Below the pieces are notes generated by a model. That model was not told where the DNA came from. It ran no database searches and saw nothing but the letters and a program-made list of their open reading frames with translations. From an uncultured cyanobacterium (GTDB lineage Bacteria > Cyanobacteriota > Cyanobacteriia > PCC-9006 > JAAUQQ01), in NCBI GenBank assembly GCA_963718615.1, contig OY970368.1:1792001-1856000 (forward strand): a stretch of 64,000 bases of DNA, in the 5' to 3' direction. Both the position numbers and the translations under genes were made by a program. How positions within the stretch are numbered: the first letter of the stretch is position 1; the number at the start of each line of letters is the position of its first letter. Positions 48,860 to 60,034 of this stretch are shown one piece after another.

Positions 48860-50149
48860 ATGCCAGGTTCATCCCCTCCTCCCTCCAGCGCAAGTCCGTC
48901 AGTAGAAGGCAAACAGTTTCCCATTATTCAGACACTGTCAGAACAAATCCAGAAAGCAACCCAATCGCAGCTCTCCGGCAGTCTAAACTTTGACACGGTC
49001 CATGTGCCTCGAATGCACCTCTTTTTTGTGGTGGGCCGCCTGATCTGGGCTAGTGGGGGCTGCAATCGTTTTCGTCGCTGGCGACGGTTGCTCAATCAGT
49101 ATTGTCCCGAGGCGTTTTCTCTGATTCCGACCCTTTCCCTCAAAACCAACACCCCCTATTGGGAATATGAAATTCTGGGGCGATTGATGGAAGTGGGATG
49201 TCTCAGTCGGGAGGGGGCGCGATCGCTCATCCGCGACAACATCGTTGAAGTCCTCTTTGACATCGTTCAATCCTCCAAGCTGATTGAGCGATTTAGCCGC
49301 ACAGAAAGCAATTTCCTCAGTCCCCAAGACATCATCACGCTCATTCCTCTGGAAGAACTGTTTACTCCCCTCGAAACCCAATGGCAAGCCTGGTGCGATG
49401 CGCGGCTGGCCCAATATTCTCCTAACCTAGCTCCTGTACTGGAACAACCGCTCTTACTCAAGGCTCAAGTCTCAAAACCCACCTATGAGCGTCTCAGCCA
49501 ACTACTACAGGGACAATATTCGTTACGAGAGCTCGCGGCCCTCACCCAGCAAAATCTCGTGGTCCTGAGTAATAGCCTGATTGCCTACGAACAGCAGGGG
49601 TTGTTGCAGCTCCGAGTGATTGCGGATCTGGCGGGTCACAATCCTACAATGCAACGAGAAGCGACAACACCTGCTCCGGCAAAAGTCTCTACATCTCAGA
49701 TCCTACAGTCCAAAGCAAACCGCTCCCCATTAACCCGCTCAAAAGTAAGCGCCTCAAACACAAGTTCCTCTAAGCAGGTGCTGTGTGTGGATGACAGCTT
49801 GATGATTTGTGAGCAAATGGAGAAAATTATCAACGGCGCTGGATATCGCTACATTGGGATTCAGGACTCAGTACAGGCCCTGCAAGTCATTATTGAAGAA
49901 AAGCCAGATTTGGTTTTTGTGGATTTAATCATGCCGGTGATTGGGGGATACGAACTCTGCGGTCAGATTCGGCGCGTTTCTGATCTCAAGGATATTCCGC
50001 TGATTATTTTGACCAGCAGCGATACGATGCTGGACCGCGTGCGGGGCAAATTGGTTGGAGCCAATGGGTATCTGACCAAACCGGTTCCAGCAGAGGAGGT
50101 CCTGGCAACCCTGACGCGCTGGGTTCCCTTGGAGAAGGCTAGTCATTGA
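48860..50149 (+). CDS. PatA-family response regulator (DUF4388/PATAN + receiver)
   Basis: GRLIWASGG..RRWRR N-domain; CVDDS, VDLIMP, YLTKP. Confidence 0.9.
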   Translation: MPGSSPPPSSASPSVEGKQFPIIQTLSEQIQKATQSQLSGSLNFDTVHVPRMHLFFVVGRLIWASGGCNRFRRWRRLLNQYCPEAFSLIPTLSLKTNTPYWEYEILGRLMEVGCLSREGARSLIRDNIVEVLFDIVQSSKLIERFSRTESNFLSPQDIITLIPLEELFTPLETQWQAWCDARLAQYSPNLAPVLEQPLLLKAQVSKPTYERLSQLLQGQYSLRELAALTQQNLVVLSNSLIAYEQQGLLQLRVIADLAGHNPTMQREATTPAPAKVSTSQILQSKANRSPLTRSKVSASNTSSSKQVLCVDDSLMICEQMEKIINGAGYRYIGIQDSVQALQVIIEEKPDLVFVDLIMPVIGGYELCGQIRRVSDLKDIPLIILTSSDTMLDRVRGKLVGANGYLTKPVPAEEVLATLTRWVPLEKASH

Positions 50150-50297
50150 TTTGCCAGGGGTTGGCTCTTGATTTTTCATTGAAAAGTCTAGCTACCGAGA
50201 GAATTATCTTGAACTCGGCTCTATGAAGCTTTACTCTGGGAGCTAGAAATCCTATCCCCCCTTGGGGGATTCTTTAAGGAATAATTAAGCGAACGTC

Positions 50298-50771
50298 ATG
50301 CTGAAAACGATTGCAACGCTGATTCAGAATTTGTCTCCCGCTGAAGCGGTCCAGGCCCACTGCGATGGCCCCTGTGGTGTCTATGATCCCGCTTCTGCCC
50401 GGATCACAGCGGAGGCTGTTTTGTCGATGACGAAGAAGATCCTAGCGCTAGAAGCGCCTGCGGCAGGGGATGCGGCTGCGAAGGTTGCCTACGAAAACAC
50501 GTTGTCTCGCTATATTGCGATTAAAGAAGAGCAGGCTCAAAAGACCAAGGAAGATTTGCTGATCCTTTGGACGGACTACTTCAAACCGGTGCATCTGGAG
50601 AAGTACCCGGATCTGCATGATACGTTCTGGAAGGCTGCAAAGCTCTGCTCGGCTTGTAAGGTCGAAGTCAGTCAGCAGCATGCGGAGGAGCTGATGGCGG
50701 CTGTGGAGAACATCCACAAGATCTTCTGGGCCACCAAGGACCGCGATGTGGTTTTTGTGAAGGCAAGCTAA
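50298..50771 (+). CDS. sodN: Nickel superoxide dismutase
   Basis: Ni-hook HCDGPCGVYDP. Confidence 0.97.
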   Translation: MLKTIATLIQNLSPAEAVQAHCDGPCGVYDPASARITAEAVLSMTKKILALEAPAAGDAAAKVAYENTLSRYIAIKEEQAQKTKEDLLILWTDYFKPVHLEKYPDLHDTFWKAAKLCSACKVEVSQQHAEELMAAVENIHKIFWATKDRDVVFVKAS

Positions 50772-50897
50772 TCTAGCCGAGCCGTAGGTTGAGTATTGGA
50801 GTGAAGCGAAACCCAACAGCTTTGGCCTTAGGCCATGGTTTGTTGGGTTTTATGCTGCGGATCAAGGTGGGTCTGTTGGGTGATGAGGTGATGGAGT

Positions 50898-51245
50898 GTG
50901 ATGGGGTTGCCGGATTTGACGTTGCGAGAATTTGGGTGGTGGGTTTTGCGACGGCGATCGCGTTTCCGGGTCACGGGAAATTCTATGCTGCCCTTGTTAA
51001 AGGCGAATGATGAGGTCTTGATTGATCCCTGCGCCTATGGTGAGCGATCGCCGCAAGTGGGGGATCTGGTGGTGGCGATTCATCCCCGGCAGCCGGGGCT
51101 CAAGATCATCAAGCGGGTGGTGCAGGTGGAGGGCGATCGCTGTTTTCTCTTGGGTGAAAATCTTGCTGAAAGCACCGATAGTCGTAGTTTTGGCTGGATA
51201 AAACAAGATTTACTTCAGGGCAAGGTAGTCTGTCGGTTTGGTTAA
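50898..51245 (+). CDS. sodX: NiSOD maturation protease
   Basis: VTGNSMLP, IKRV, STDSRSFG; adjacent to sodN. Confidence 0.92.
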   Translation: MMGLPDLTLREFGWWVLRRRSRFRVTGNSMLPLLKANDEVLIDPCAYGERSPQVGDLVVAIHPRQPGLKIIKRVVQVEGDRCFLLGENLAESTDSRSFGWIKQDLLQGKVVCRFG

Positions 51246-51252
51246 GTCGTGG

Positions 51253-54200
51253 CTAAGTTTTGGCTAAACAGTTACCTGTGGGAATAGCAACGGGGCGATC
51301 GGCTGTCAGCATCACAATACCCTGGGCGTTTTTTTGCCAGCGGTTGGCTTCGAGGAGTAGAGAGACGGTGGGACGACTGGACTGTGAGACGGGCTGAGTC
51401 GGCTGTTGCGGGTGAGATAAGGAGGACTGCTCCGTGGGTAAGGGGATCCAGGTGGGTTGAAAGGGTTGAGCCAGAGCAGACCCTTCGCTCGGGCTGGCCG
51501 GGATGCCACTTCGGCCTGTGATAACAAAGCGATTCGTCGCCAGGGCCTCGGCGGAGCAACTGTGATCGAGTTGGTTGCTGGGATCGGTCGGGGTTGCAGG
51601 AAGCTGAACTGTGCCTTGGCTAGGGTCGGTGTTGAGGCCGCTGATGGTGAGGCTGCCGCTGGTACCGAGTTGGGAGCTGGCGCTGATGTCGTTGGTGCGG
51701 TTGGCGCGGAGTTGATTACTGCTTTGGCCGCTGGCGAGCTCGAAGTTAAGGATGGCGTCGGCGCTGATGCTGATGTTGCCGCCGCTGCCGCTAAAGGCGT
51801 TGGCGATGATGTCGCTATTGTTGTCAGGTAAACCGATGAGGATGGGAGTGGTGATGGCAATATTGCCGCCGTTGCCACCTGCCCCTGCCCGTCCCGCCGT
51901 GGTTTCCAGCAAGCTGCCATTGCGCAGCAACACCGTATCGGCCAGATTGAGCGTCAGGTTGCCGCCGTTGCCGCTGTCGCTGGCGGTAAAAATACTGCCT
52001 TGGTCGAGGATGAGGCGATCGCCCACAATCCTGACATCGCTAGCTGGTTGATTCGCTGAGGTTAAACTGGAAGCGCTAATCACGCCCTGATTGGTAATGG
52101 TGGTAGATTTGGCTTGAATTTCGATATCTCCGGCGCGGCCTTGGGCACCGCGCTGGGCGTTGCTGAACAAACCGCTGGGGCGACTTGATGAGCTAATGCC
52201 TTGAATCTCTAGGTTGTTAGTTTGAATTACAATTTTTCCGGCGTTACCTGAGCCTTCTGTAATGGTTACAAACTGCGCACCATATTGGAGAGAGAGGTGA
52301 TTATTAACCTGCACTCGAATATCCCCCGCATCCCCTGAGCTGAAGGTATTTGCAGCCAGTGCAGCATCCTTGGCCAAGGTCATGTTTGGCGTCTTGATTT
52401 CGATGTCACCTGCTCGGCCTGGACCATTGGTTGTTGTTAGGAATCGAGCTTCGGGAGCGAGGGAGATGCGATCGCGTGCCAGAACCCGAATATCCCCGCC
52501 CTTACCTCCGCGAGTGATAGTGCTAAAGAAAATACCCTCACCCACATCTAGCACACCCGTTTCAATCTCAATATCACCAGCTTTATAGTTTTCATCAAAG
52601 CTAAGCATCCCGGTTCCAACAAAAGAATTAGGACCATCAACTCGAATAAAATCCTGTGTTCTGATAACAATCGAACCTGCATCGCCCTGAGCCAAGCTCG
52701 AAGAATTTAAGGCACTATCTAACAGCGTTAGTGATCGAGCCTGAATTACAATATCTCCTGCTTTTCTAATGGCTTCTGAGCCTTTGAAAGAGTCTACAAA
52801 CGTAGCCAAATGGCTAGATTGAAGCTGCACTTCATCTCTGGCTAAAATTTCTATATTGCCTGCATTTCCTTTGCCACTGCTGAAACTAGAAATTTGCGAG
52901 CCATCTAGTAGCATCAGAGATCCTGTATTGATTTGAATATCTCCCCCATTGCCTTCTCCCAAAAAGTCTGACTCACGCGAAGCAAATACATCAGACCTGA
53001 TTGAGCTTCTTTTTTGGAGACGAATTTCTTTGGCATCAATGCGAATATTGCCTGCATCCCCCCGTCCATTTGTGCTGGTGCTAATCGAGGCTTGATCATT
53101 CAACGAAAGCTGAGAAGTACGGATTTCAATCGAGCCACTTCGCCCCTCTCCTCCACCCTGAAAACTAGAATCAATGAAACTGCTAAGGCTATCCAACTGG
53201 ATGAGATCTCGAATCTCAAGCTTGATTTTGCTCGCTTGTCCTATCCCCCCCACGAATGAATCGATCGAGCCACCATCGATAAGTCTTAAGGTATTTGCAG
53301 TAATGGTGATATCACCGATCGTCCTCTGACCCCCTGATAACACCGGACTAAAAATACCAGTATTGGTCGTGCATCTATCCCCACAACTCACGATCCCAGA
53401 GAAGAGAATATCATCTGCCTCAATGGTTAGCGCACCACTGTTACCTTGCCCATACACACCGGTTGAAATTTTTGAACCCGACAAAGCTTGGAACTGACCC
53501 GTTTGAATCTCGATATTGCCGCTATTTCCTGTAGCTTCAGTGTTGACATCGCTGGAAATAGAAGAAAGATCTGAAAGAGTAATCGAGTCTGTTAGTTTGA
53601 GGGTGGTGTTGCCCGAATTGCCCTGGGAAAATGTATCGCTGCGAAGGGTAGCGCCCTGAGTGAGTTGGAGGCGATCGCCCAGCACCACAATATCCCCCCC
53701 ATTCCCCGTCCCATCCAGCGCATTGTTGTAGAGGCTACTGTACTCATTGCCTCCAGCCGAACCACTCAACAAAACATCCTTCGCCCTCACCACAATATCG
53801 CCCGCATTCCCACTCCCCTCCGTCCCCGCATTCAGCCGCCCCCCCTCCGTCGCCCTAAACTGCTCGGCATAGACTGCAATATCCCCACCCCCATTCCCCC
53901 GCACATCCACCCGCGCATTATTCACCAACGACACATCTGCCAAACTGGCTTCTGCTGGGAATTCTGCCACAATCCCATTGCCCACAACCTCAAGTGCAAC
54001 CTCTCCAGCCTCCGCCAAACCACCCAGATCAATCCGTCCACCCGGCGCATTCAATCCACCCGCTAGGATTCGGTTTGGATCAGTATCGTTACCGCCATCG
54101 ATCGTCACATCCCCACCGAGCAAAGATAGCGATCGCCCCTCCGCCACCCGCAACCCAAACAACTCTCCCCGAAACGTATTCGTCCCCGCCGGAGCCACCG

Positions 54201-54726
54201 AGCCACTGACGATGCTTCCCTGTTGTGCAGAAAATCTTAATGCCGAAGGCGACACCGTGAGCAAATTAGCCGCCTCCGGCTGAACCGCGCTGAACTCGCC
54301 CTGATTGCCAAAGGCGATCGCCCCCGCCGTCGTCCCCAAAAACGAACCGCCAATCTCAAGCTGCGCATTCGGTCCAAATAAAATTCCTGCCGGATTGAGC
54401 AAAAACAGATTGGCATCCGACCCCGTCACCGAAATCAGCCCATCAATCTCCGACGCCACTCCTCCCGTAACCCGCGTAAAAATATTGCGAATCTCCGGTG
54501 CAGCCTGAAAATTAGCAGACTCTCCCCATCGCAACCCAAACTGACTAAAACTGTGAAATAAATTTTGCTCCGCCGTTGTCCCCAGCGCCTGAGGAATCTT
54601 ATACACCGGCCCTTGTAGTTCCGTCGCAGGCCCAACCGTGCCATCTAGAACCAGGCTCTGTGCCTGAGCAGAATTCCCTAAGCTGGCGATCGCCAGCATC
54701 AAACCGACCCCAAAAGCGCGATTCAT
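51253..54726 (-). CDS. Filamentous haemagglutinin-family exoprotein
   Basis: Signal peptide, NLFHSFSQF, NPAGILFG TPS domain, GxAGxI beta-helix repeats. Confidence 0.92.
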   Translation of the reverse strand: MNRAFGVGLMLAIASLGNSAQAQSLVLDGTVGPATELQGPVYKIPQALGTTAEQNLFHSFSQFGLRWGESANFQAAPEIRNIFTRVTGGVASEIDGLISVTGSDANLFLLNPAGILFGPNAQLEIGGSFLGTTAGAIAFGNQGEFSAVQPEAANLLTVSPSALRFSAQQGSIVSGSVAPAGTNTFRGELFGLRVAEGRSLSLLGGDVTIDGGNDTDPNRILAGGLNAPGGRIDLGGLAEAGEVALEVVGNGIVAEFPAEASLADVSLVNNARVDVRGNGGGDIAVYAEQFRATEGGRLNAGTEGSGNAGDIVVRAKDVLLSGSAGGNEYSSLYNNALDGTGNGGDIVVLGDRLQLTQGATLRSDTFSQGNSGNTTLKLTDSITLSDLSSISSDVNTEATGNSGNIEIQTGQFQALSGSKISTGVYGQGNSGALTIEADDILFSGIVSCGDRCTTNTGIFSPVLSGGQRTIGDITITANTLRLIDGGSIDSFVGGIGQASKIKLEIRDLIQLDSLSSFIDSSFQGGGEGRSGSIEIRTSQLSLNDQASISTSTNGRGDAGNIRIDAKEIRLQKRSSIRSDVFASRESDFLGEGNGGDIQINTGSLMLLDGSQISSFSSGKGNAGNIEILARDEVQLQSSHLATFVDSFKGSEAIRKAGDIVIQARSLTLLDSALNSSSLAQGDAGSIVIRTQDFIRVDGPNSFVGTGMLSFDENYKAGDIEIETGVLDVGEGIFFSTITRGGKGGDIRVLARDRISLAPEARFLTTTNGPGRAGDIEIKTPNMTLAKDAALAANTFSSGDAGDIRVQVNNHLSLQYGAQFVTITEGSGNAGKIVIQTNNLEIQGISSSSRPSGLFSNAQRGAQGRAGDIEIQAKSTTITNQGVISASSLTSANQPASDVRIVGDRLILDQGSIFTASDSGNGGNLTLNLADTVLLRNGSLLETTAGRAGAGGNGGNIAITTPILIGLPDNNSDIIANAFSGSGGNISISADAILNFELASGQSSNQLRANRTNDISASSQLGTSGSLTISGLNTDPSQGTVQLPATPTDPSNQLDHSCSAEALATNRFVITGRSGIPASPSEGSALAQPFQPTWIPLPTEQSSLSHPQQPTQPVSQSSRPTVSLLLEANRWQKNAQGIVMLTADRPVAIPTGNCLAKT

Positions 54727-54833
54727 TGAGACAGCCCCCTTACTCCCTTAATGATGTCAGTGCAGGACGATAATTTTATTCATCGAACGTGATTCAACAA
54801 AGGGCGTGGGGGAGTCGAGTCAGGGGGAGAGCG

Positions 54834-55796
54834 TCAAATCCAGCCAAAGCTATTGCCGATAAACCAGGCGTAGAGAATGAAAAAGAGCCACCCCTCCCAC
54901 ATAGTGAGCTTTTTATCCTGCGCGGCAAAAAACATTAAGACGGTCCCCGCAACCATAGTCGGAATGGCAGTGGTTAAAATATTGTCGGGAATTTCCAAGT
55001 TGCCAAACAACCCCGGAATCCCCATCACCATAAAAATATTGAATACATTGGAGCCCAGGACATTGCCCACCGCAATTTCGGCATTGCCCTTGCGCGTCGC
55101 ACTTACAGTCACCGCCATCTCCGGCAGCGAGGTCCCGAGGGCAACCACCGTCACGGCAATCACTTCTTTACCGATGTTGAGCAATTCGGAAATCTTTACG
55201 ACCGACTCGATCGTGTAGCGAGCCCCAATATAGAGAAAGACACAGCTCAGCGTGATGATCACTCCCTGACGAATCAACGCCCGCTTGCTCCGCTCCACCT
55301 GGACTGGGGGTTCCTCTTGGGGATTCACAGGTGCTTCACCACTGCCCTTGACCGTATAGAAGAGGTACATGATGTACCCCGCAATGTGCAGGAGCGCTTC
55401 ACCGAAGGAAAATTTTTGGTCCGCGACTTCTAGGGCCAACAAAAAGGCCGAGCCCACAAACAGCGGCAAATCGACGCTGACGAGATCGTAGGTAATGTAT
55501 AGACATTGGGAGCCGATCACCGAGGCAATCCCAATAATGAGAAAAATATTGGTAATGTTCGAGCCCACGACGTTGCTGACCACAATGCTCGATGAGCCTT
55601 CGGCAACCGCAACGAGGGAAGAGACGAGCTCCGGAATTGAGGTTCCGATCGCCACAATCGTGACGCCAATGATAAAAGAAGGTAAACCGAGTAAAAGCCC
55701 AATCTTTTCTGCTGCATCAGTAAAAAAATCAGAACTTTTGACCAGTACCGCTAAGCTGGCGGCAAAAACGAGAGCGTAAAACAGTAAATCAGGCAT
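54834..55796 (-). CDS. Ca2+/Na+ antiporter (CaCA, YrbG-like)
   Basis: GTSIPE / GTSLPE and GSN alpha repeats. Confidence 0.93.
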   Translation of the reverse strand: MPDLLFYALVFAASLAVLVKSSDFFTDAAEKIGLLLGLPSFIIGVTIVAIGTSIPELVSSLVAVAEGSSSIVVSNVVGSNITNIFLIIGIASVIGSQCLYITYDLVSVDLPLFVGSAFLLALEVADQKFSFGEALLHIAGYIMYLFYTVKGSGEAPVNPQEEPPVQVERSKRALIRQGVIITLSCVFLYIGARYTIESVVKISELLNIGKEVIAVTVVALGTSLPEMAVTVSATRKGNAEIAVGNVLGSNVFNIFMVMGIPGLFGNLEIPDNILTTAIPTMVAGTVLMFFAAQDKKLTMWEGWLFFILYAWFIGNSFGWI

Positions 55797-55887
55797 CAGC
55801 AGGAAGGGGGTACGGCGGGGGTGGTGCTCCTTTGGAGCTTGGCAAAGCCAATCGCCCTTGGAAGTTGCCCCCAGGGGCAAACCCGGT

Positions 55888-58368
55888 TCAGTCGCCCGTC
55901 ATCAGACAGACGTTCTTTGCATTATCTATTGATTCCGGATCCTTCTGGAGGAGAGAAGGGGTAGAGACCTCGGGGTCAATTTCCGCCTGGAACGGGAGCC
56001 AGACGCTAAACACGGTTTCTCCGGGAACACTGGTCACCGCAATTTGGCCTTGATGTTTCGCAACAATCCGTCGGACAATGTCGAGGCCGAGGCCTGTTCC
56101 TTCCCCTGGGCCTTTGGTGGTGAAAAAAGGTTCAAAAATCTGGTCTTGAATCTCGGGTGGAATACCAGGCCCGGAGTCGATTACCTGGACCAAAATTTGT
56201 TCACCGCTGTCTGAACAGACCTCCCGCACGGAGAGAGTGAGCTTGCCTTTGTTCTCCATGGCCTGGATGCTGTTGTGGATGAGGTTGGTCCAGACTTGGT
56301 TGAGCTCTTCGGGATAGCAGGCGATCGCCCGCACCGGCTCAAACGCTTTAATCACCTCAATGCCCTGTTTGAGCTGATGCTGATAGATGGTCAAAACCAC
56401 GTTGATTTCATCAGTAATTTGGGCCATAACCTTTTCCCCGGTTTGCTCACGGCGGCTGTAGCTCTTGAGGGCAAAGATAATTTTGGCGGCTCGGTCGATG
56501 GCCAACTCAATGTTGTGGGCGTTGGAGGTTTGGGCTGCGAGGGCATTGGCAACCTCCAAAATCTGCCGACTCTGTATCGACCGCAGCAGGGGCAAGAGTG
56601 GCGTAAGGTCCCCTTGAAACCCTAGACGAGCTAACCCTGTGGCTACGGATTCGGCTGGGTCGATGGCTGCGGCTTCGAGCTGTTGGCGGAGCGATCGCTT
56701 GAGCTGGCGTTCTTCTCGGAAGGACAATTCTATGCCCGCTTTGGACTGAGTGGCTAAAAGCTGAAGAAAGGCTTCTTGTTCAGGGGCGGAGAGCGATCGC
56801 ATCAACGCGGGCAGCGCACGGAGCGAGGACTCTAGGGCCAAGCTGATATTGCCGACGGAGGCTTTAATGGCCCCCAGAGGAGTATTAATTTCATGGGCAA
56901 TTCCAGCCACGAGCTGTCCTAAAACAGCCATTTTTTCGCTGCGAATCAGTTCTTCCTGAACGGCCTGCAATTCCGCCAGGGTCTGGGCCAACTCCTGGTT
57001 GCGATCCTGCAATTCGATGGTTCGCGCTTCGACCCGCTGTTCCAATAGGCTAAAGGATTCCTGCAGTTGAGCCGCCATGTGCCGAAAAGACTGGGTTAAG
57101 CCTGCCACTTCGGCGGTGCGCGTTTGGTCCAGGGCAATGGCTGAGCTGAGATCGTTGAGATCTGAGCCGAGCTCGCCTTGGGCTAGGGTTTGGGCGGCGG
57201 CATTGAGTTGTCGGATCGGATGGCTGACCCAACGGGCGGTCGCGAGTCCAGCGGCGATCGCCAATCCCAACGACCCCAAACAAAGCCAAACCGTGATCCG
57301 GGTATTGGCTTGAATTTGACCCATAAAGTCCGACTCAGGCATTGTTACCACAATCAACCAATCAAGACCGAAGGGATCTCGATAAGGCGTCACTTGCAGC
57401 AGCAATCGCTGGCCGTCCCGTTTAAAACTGAGCTGGGTCGGTTGATCGATCGCCCCTAGCCCTTTGAACTTGTAGTCCAAAAAGTCCGCTGTCTCACGGA
57501 TCAGCCCATTGTCGCTCCTGTCAGCCCGCAGGCGGGTTTGCTCACCGTTGGGCGCTGATCGAAAGGGCACTTCAGCGGTGGACGAAGAAATCAGCAGTCC
57601 ATTGCGCTCCATGATGAAGACTTCGCCGGTTTTACCAATTTTGAGCGAATCCAAAAAATCTCGAATCGACACCAGGGCCATATCCACTGCAAACACGGCC
57701 TGTAGCTGATTTTTGGTGTCGTAAATGGGATAGACCGCAGGTAGAGCCACCGTGGCATAGGGTGCAGCCCAGACATAGGGCTCTCCCCAAACGGGCCGAC
57801 CGGCTTTTTGAGCGGCTTGGTACCAAGGACGGGTTGTGAGCTGATAGTTTTCGACGACGGAATGGAGGGTTTCGCGATCGCCCTGAACATTGGTGGTGTA
57901 GGTCTCAAAGGCCCCCCGAGGAGACTGGCTCGACCAATAGGCCACATGGGGAAGGCCATCGGGCACCGGCTCTGCCCCGCTAAACTCTCCGGCTGCGGTT
58001 CCCACATAGATGTAACTGGCCTCGGGGAAAAGCTGCATTTGCTTCCAAAGGTGTTTTTCGAGGCTATCGATATCGCTCAAATCCAGCTCCCCCAGGACCA
58101 CATCGCTGGCATTAATCCGGTTGATCAACTGTGGTTTTTGGAGATATTCATTCAGATGCTGCTCTACCCGTGCCGTGGTTTCGTTCTGAAGTTGCGACAC
58201 CAAGTCTTGAACCGCCCGTTGCCCAGTGCGATAGGATAAATACCCCACTAATCCCACTGCCGCACAGAGTTGCACGACAAAGGGAACAACCAACACCGCT
58301 CGGAGCGAGGGTTTCCGTCTTGATAGTGGAGATTGCAAGAAAATCCCTGACCGTTGTTTCATGAGCAT
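55888..58368 (-). CDS. Cache-HAMP sensor histidine kinase
   Basis: RPWY Cache motif; AHEINTP, NSIQA, DSGPG, GTGLGL. Confidence 0.93.
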   Translation of the reverse strand: MLMKQRSGIFLQSPLSRRKPSLRAVLVVPFVVQLCAAVGLVGYLSYRTGQRAVQDLVSQLQNETTARVEQHLNEYLQKPQLINRINASDVVLGELDLSDIDSLEKHLWKQMQLFPEASYIYVGTAAGEFSGAEPVPDGLPHVAYWSSQSPRGAFETYTTNVQGDRETLHSVVENYQLTTRPWYQAAQKAGRPVWGEPYVWAAPYATVALPAVYPIYDTKNQLQAVFAVDMALVSIRDFLDSLKIGKTGEVFIMERNGLLISSSTAEVPFRSAPNGEQTRLRADRSDNGLIRETADFLDYKFKGLGAIDQPTQLSFKRDGQRLLLQVTPYRDPFGLDWLIVVTMPESDFMGQIQANTRITVWLCLGSLGLAIAAGLATARWVSHPIRQLNAAAQTLAQGELGSDLNDLSSAIALDQTRTAEVAGLTQSFRHMAAQLQESFSLLEQRVEARTIELQDRNQELAQTLAELQAVQEELIRSEKMAVLGQLVAGIAHEINTPLGAIKASVGNISLALESSLRALPALMRSLSAPEQEAFLQLLATQSKAGIELSFREERQLKRSLRQQLEAAAIDPAESVATGLARLGFQGDLTPLLPLLRSIQSRQILEVANALAAQTSNAHNIELAIDRAAKIIFALKSYSRREQTGEKVMAQITDEINVVLTIYQHQLKQGIEVIKAFEPVRAIACYPEELNQVWTNLIHNSIQAMENKGKLTLSVREVCSDSGEQILVQVIDSGPGIPPEIQDQIFEPFFTTKGPGEGTGLGLDIVRRIVAKHQGQIAVTSVPGETVFSVWLPFQAEIDPEVSTPSLLQKDPESIDNAKNVCLMTGD

Positions 58369-58442
58369 TTTGATAAGGCTTTTACCGCGCTAGCTTGCCC
58401 GTTGCTGCACCCGCTCTAAACGTTTAAAACTGTTCAACCGGA

Positions 58443-58832
58443 CTACCTTAGAACCATTTCTAGGGCTCCCATCAGGGTTTCCTTTTCCCAGGGTTTTGAG
58501 AGGGCACAATAGAGATCGGCTTCGGTTTTAGCGCGATCGATCGCCGCTTCATCGGCCTGTCCCGTGAGCATCACTTTGATCACCTTGGGAAATCGCTGGT
58601 GCAGCTCAATCAAAAACTCATCCCCCCGCACCCCCGGCATCAGCCAATCGGAGACAATCACCAATAATTCGACAGTATCTTCCGCCAGTTCTTCGATGAT
58701 TTCCCAGGCTTCTTCGGGACTTTCGGCAAACTCGTAGCGATAGCGATCGCCAAAATGCTCGCTCAACTGGTCCCGTAAACTAGTGAGAATGATCCGCTCA
58801 TCATCCACGCAGAGAATGGCCTGACTGCTCAT
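58443..58832 (-). CDS. Single-domain response regulator
   Basis: CVDDE, SDWLMP, LTG, KPW. Confidence 0.92.
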   Translation of the reverse strand: MSSQAILCVDDERIILTSLRDQLSEHFGDRYRYEFAESPEEAWEIIEELAEDTVELLVIVSDWLMPGVRGDEFLIELHQRFPKVIKVMLTGQADEAAIDRAKTEADLYCALSKPWEKETLMGALEMVLR

Positions 58833-58948
58833 GGGGTAAACGCGTCTAAGGCGCGACGGATTTTCCGTGACGGAGTTATTGTGCCCACAGATAGATGGGG
58901 GACAGCACAGACCCAATCAGAGACCTCATGACAGACTCAATTGTAGGT

Positions 58949-59932
58949 CTAGCCCCGCTCCTGGGCCGCAGCATACACGGCTTGAACGTTATACCAATTG
59001 AGAAATACACGGGCCACTTCCAGGGCCAACTGAGGTTTACCCTGGTCAATCAACCACTGCAACAGCGGAGCCAGCGTTCGCTCATTCAGCCGCCCTCCCA
59101 CCGACAACAATCCCCACAGCAGCCGATGTAGCCAAGTCATCTGGATCATCATTCTAACTTCCCAGGTGGGGTGTTTTTGATAAAACAAGACCCCCATGCG
59201 TCCCCGCTGAATTTCCTGGTCAATCAGTTTGGGGATTTGGTCGAGGCTAAAGGCCGGGTGCCAGTGGTAGCCCACAGCCTGGGGGCATTTGATTAGCTTC
59301 AGCCCCAGCTTTTTGAGCCGTACGCCGAGTTCGAGGTCCTCCCAGCCGTAGAGCTGGAATCCCGTGTCGAAGAGTCCCGCTTCCAGGAGCCAGTGACGGG
59401 CGATCGCCACATTTCCCGTGGCAAAGAACGCCGCTGAAAAATCGGTAATTTTGTAGGGTTCGGCGGTGGGGTTATCAAAATTGGCGGTGTTGATCACGGC
59501 TCCGTAGGTAAAGAGGCGATCGCTCCCCAGTTCCCCATAGCCCCGCACCAGCGCCTCCGCATGGCGCTGAAGAAAAACCGGCGTCACGACCAAATCGCTA
59601 TCAATAAAAATAATTGTGTCGCCCTTGGCCTCCCGCACGCCCAAATTTCTCGCCGCCGAAGGCCCCTGATGTTCTTGGGCAAACAGCCGCACATGGGGGA
59701 ACTCAGGATTATCCCGTAACCAATCGAGGGTGCCATCGCTGGAGCCATCATCGACGACAACAATTTCATACCCTTCAATTTCAGACTCTCCCACGGTACC
59801 TCCGACCCTGGAGCCTCTGGCAGTTAGGCCCGAGAAGGTTTGCTGCTCCATCGCCCGCAGGCATTTTTCCAGGATAGGTTTGCGATTATAGGTGGGGATA
59901 ACAATAGAAAAGAACACGGGGGAAAAAAACAC
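58949..59932 (-). CDS. Glycosyltransferase family 2
   Basis: IPTYNR, VDDGS, FIDSD, WEDLE. Confidence 0.92.
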   Translation of the reverse strand: MFFSPVFFSIVIPTYNRKPILEKCLRAMEQQTFSGLTARGSRVGGTVGESEIEGYEIVVVDDGSSDGTLDWLRDNPEFPHVRLFAQEHQGPSAARNLGVREAKGDTIIFIDSDLVVTPVFLQRHAEALVRGYGELGSDRLFTYGAVINTANFDNPTAEPYKITDFSAAFFATGNVAIARHWLLEAGLFDTGFQLYGWEDLELGVRLKKLGLKLIKCPQAVGYHWHPAFSLDQIPKLIDQEIQRGRMGVLFYQKHPTWEVRMMIQMTWLHRLLWGLLSVGGRLNERTLAPLLQWLIDQGKPQLALEVARVFLNWYNVQAVYAAAQERG

Positions 59933-60034
59933 GAAGGAATAGCGTCAGGCTAAATCGGATCGGAATTGAGATGGTACACTGCTGGCCAATTCGATTGAGT
60001 CCGCCAACCTGAGAAAGATCTCTAAGAACAATTG

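Noticed and set aside
50298-51245. sodN-sodX (and CBS-CP12 at 27664) as novel systems
   Set aside because: Both are well described in cyanobacteria
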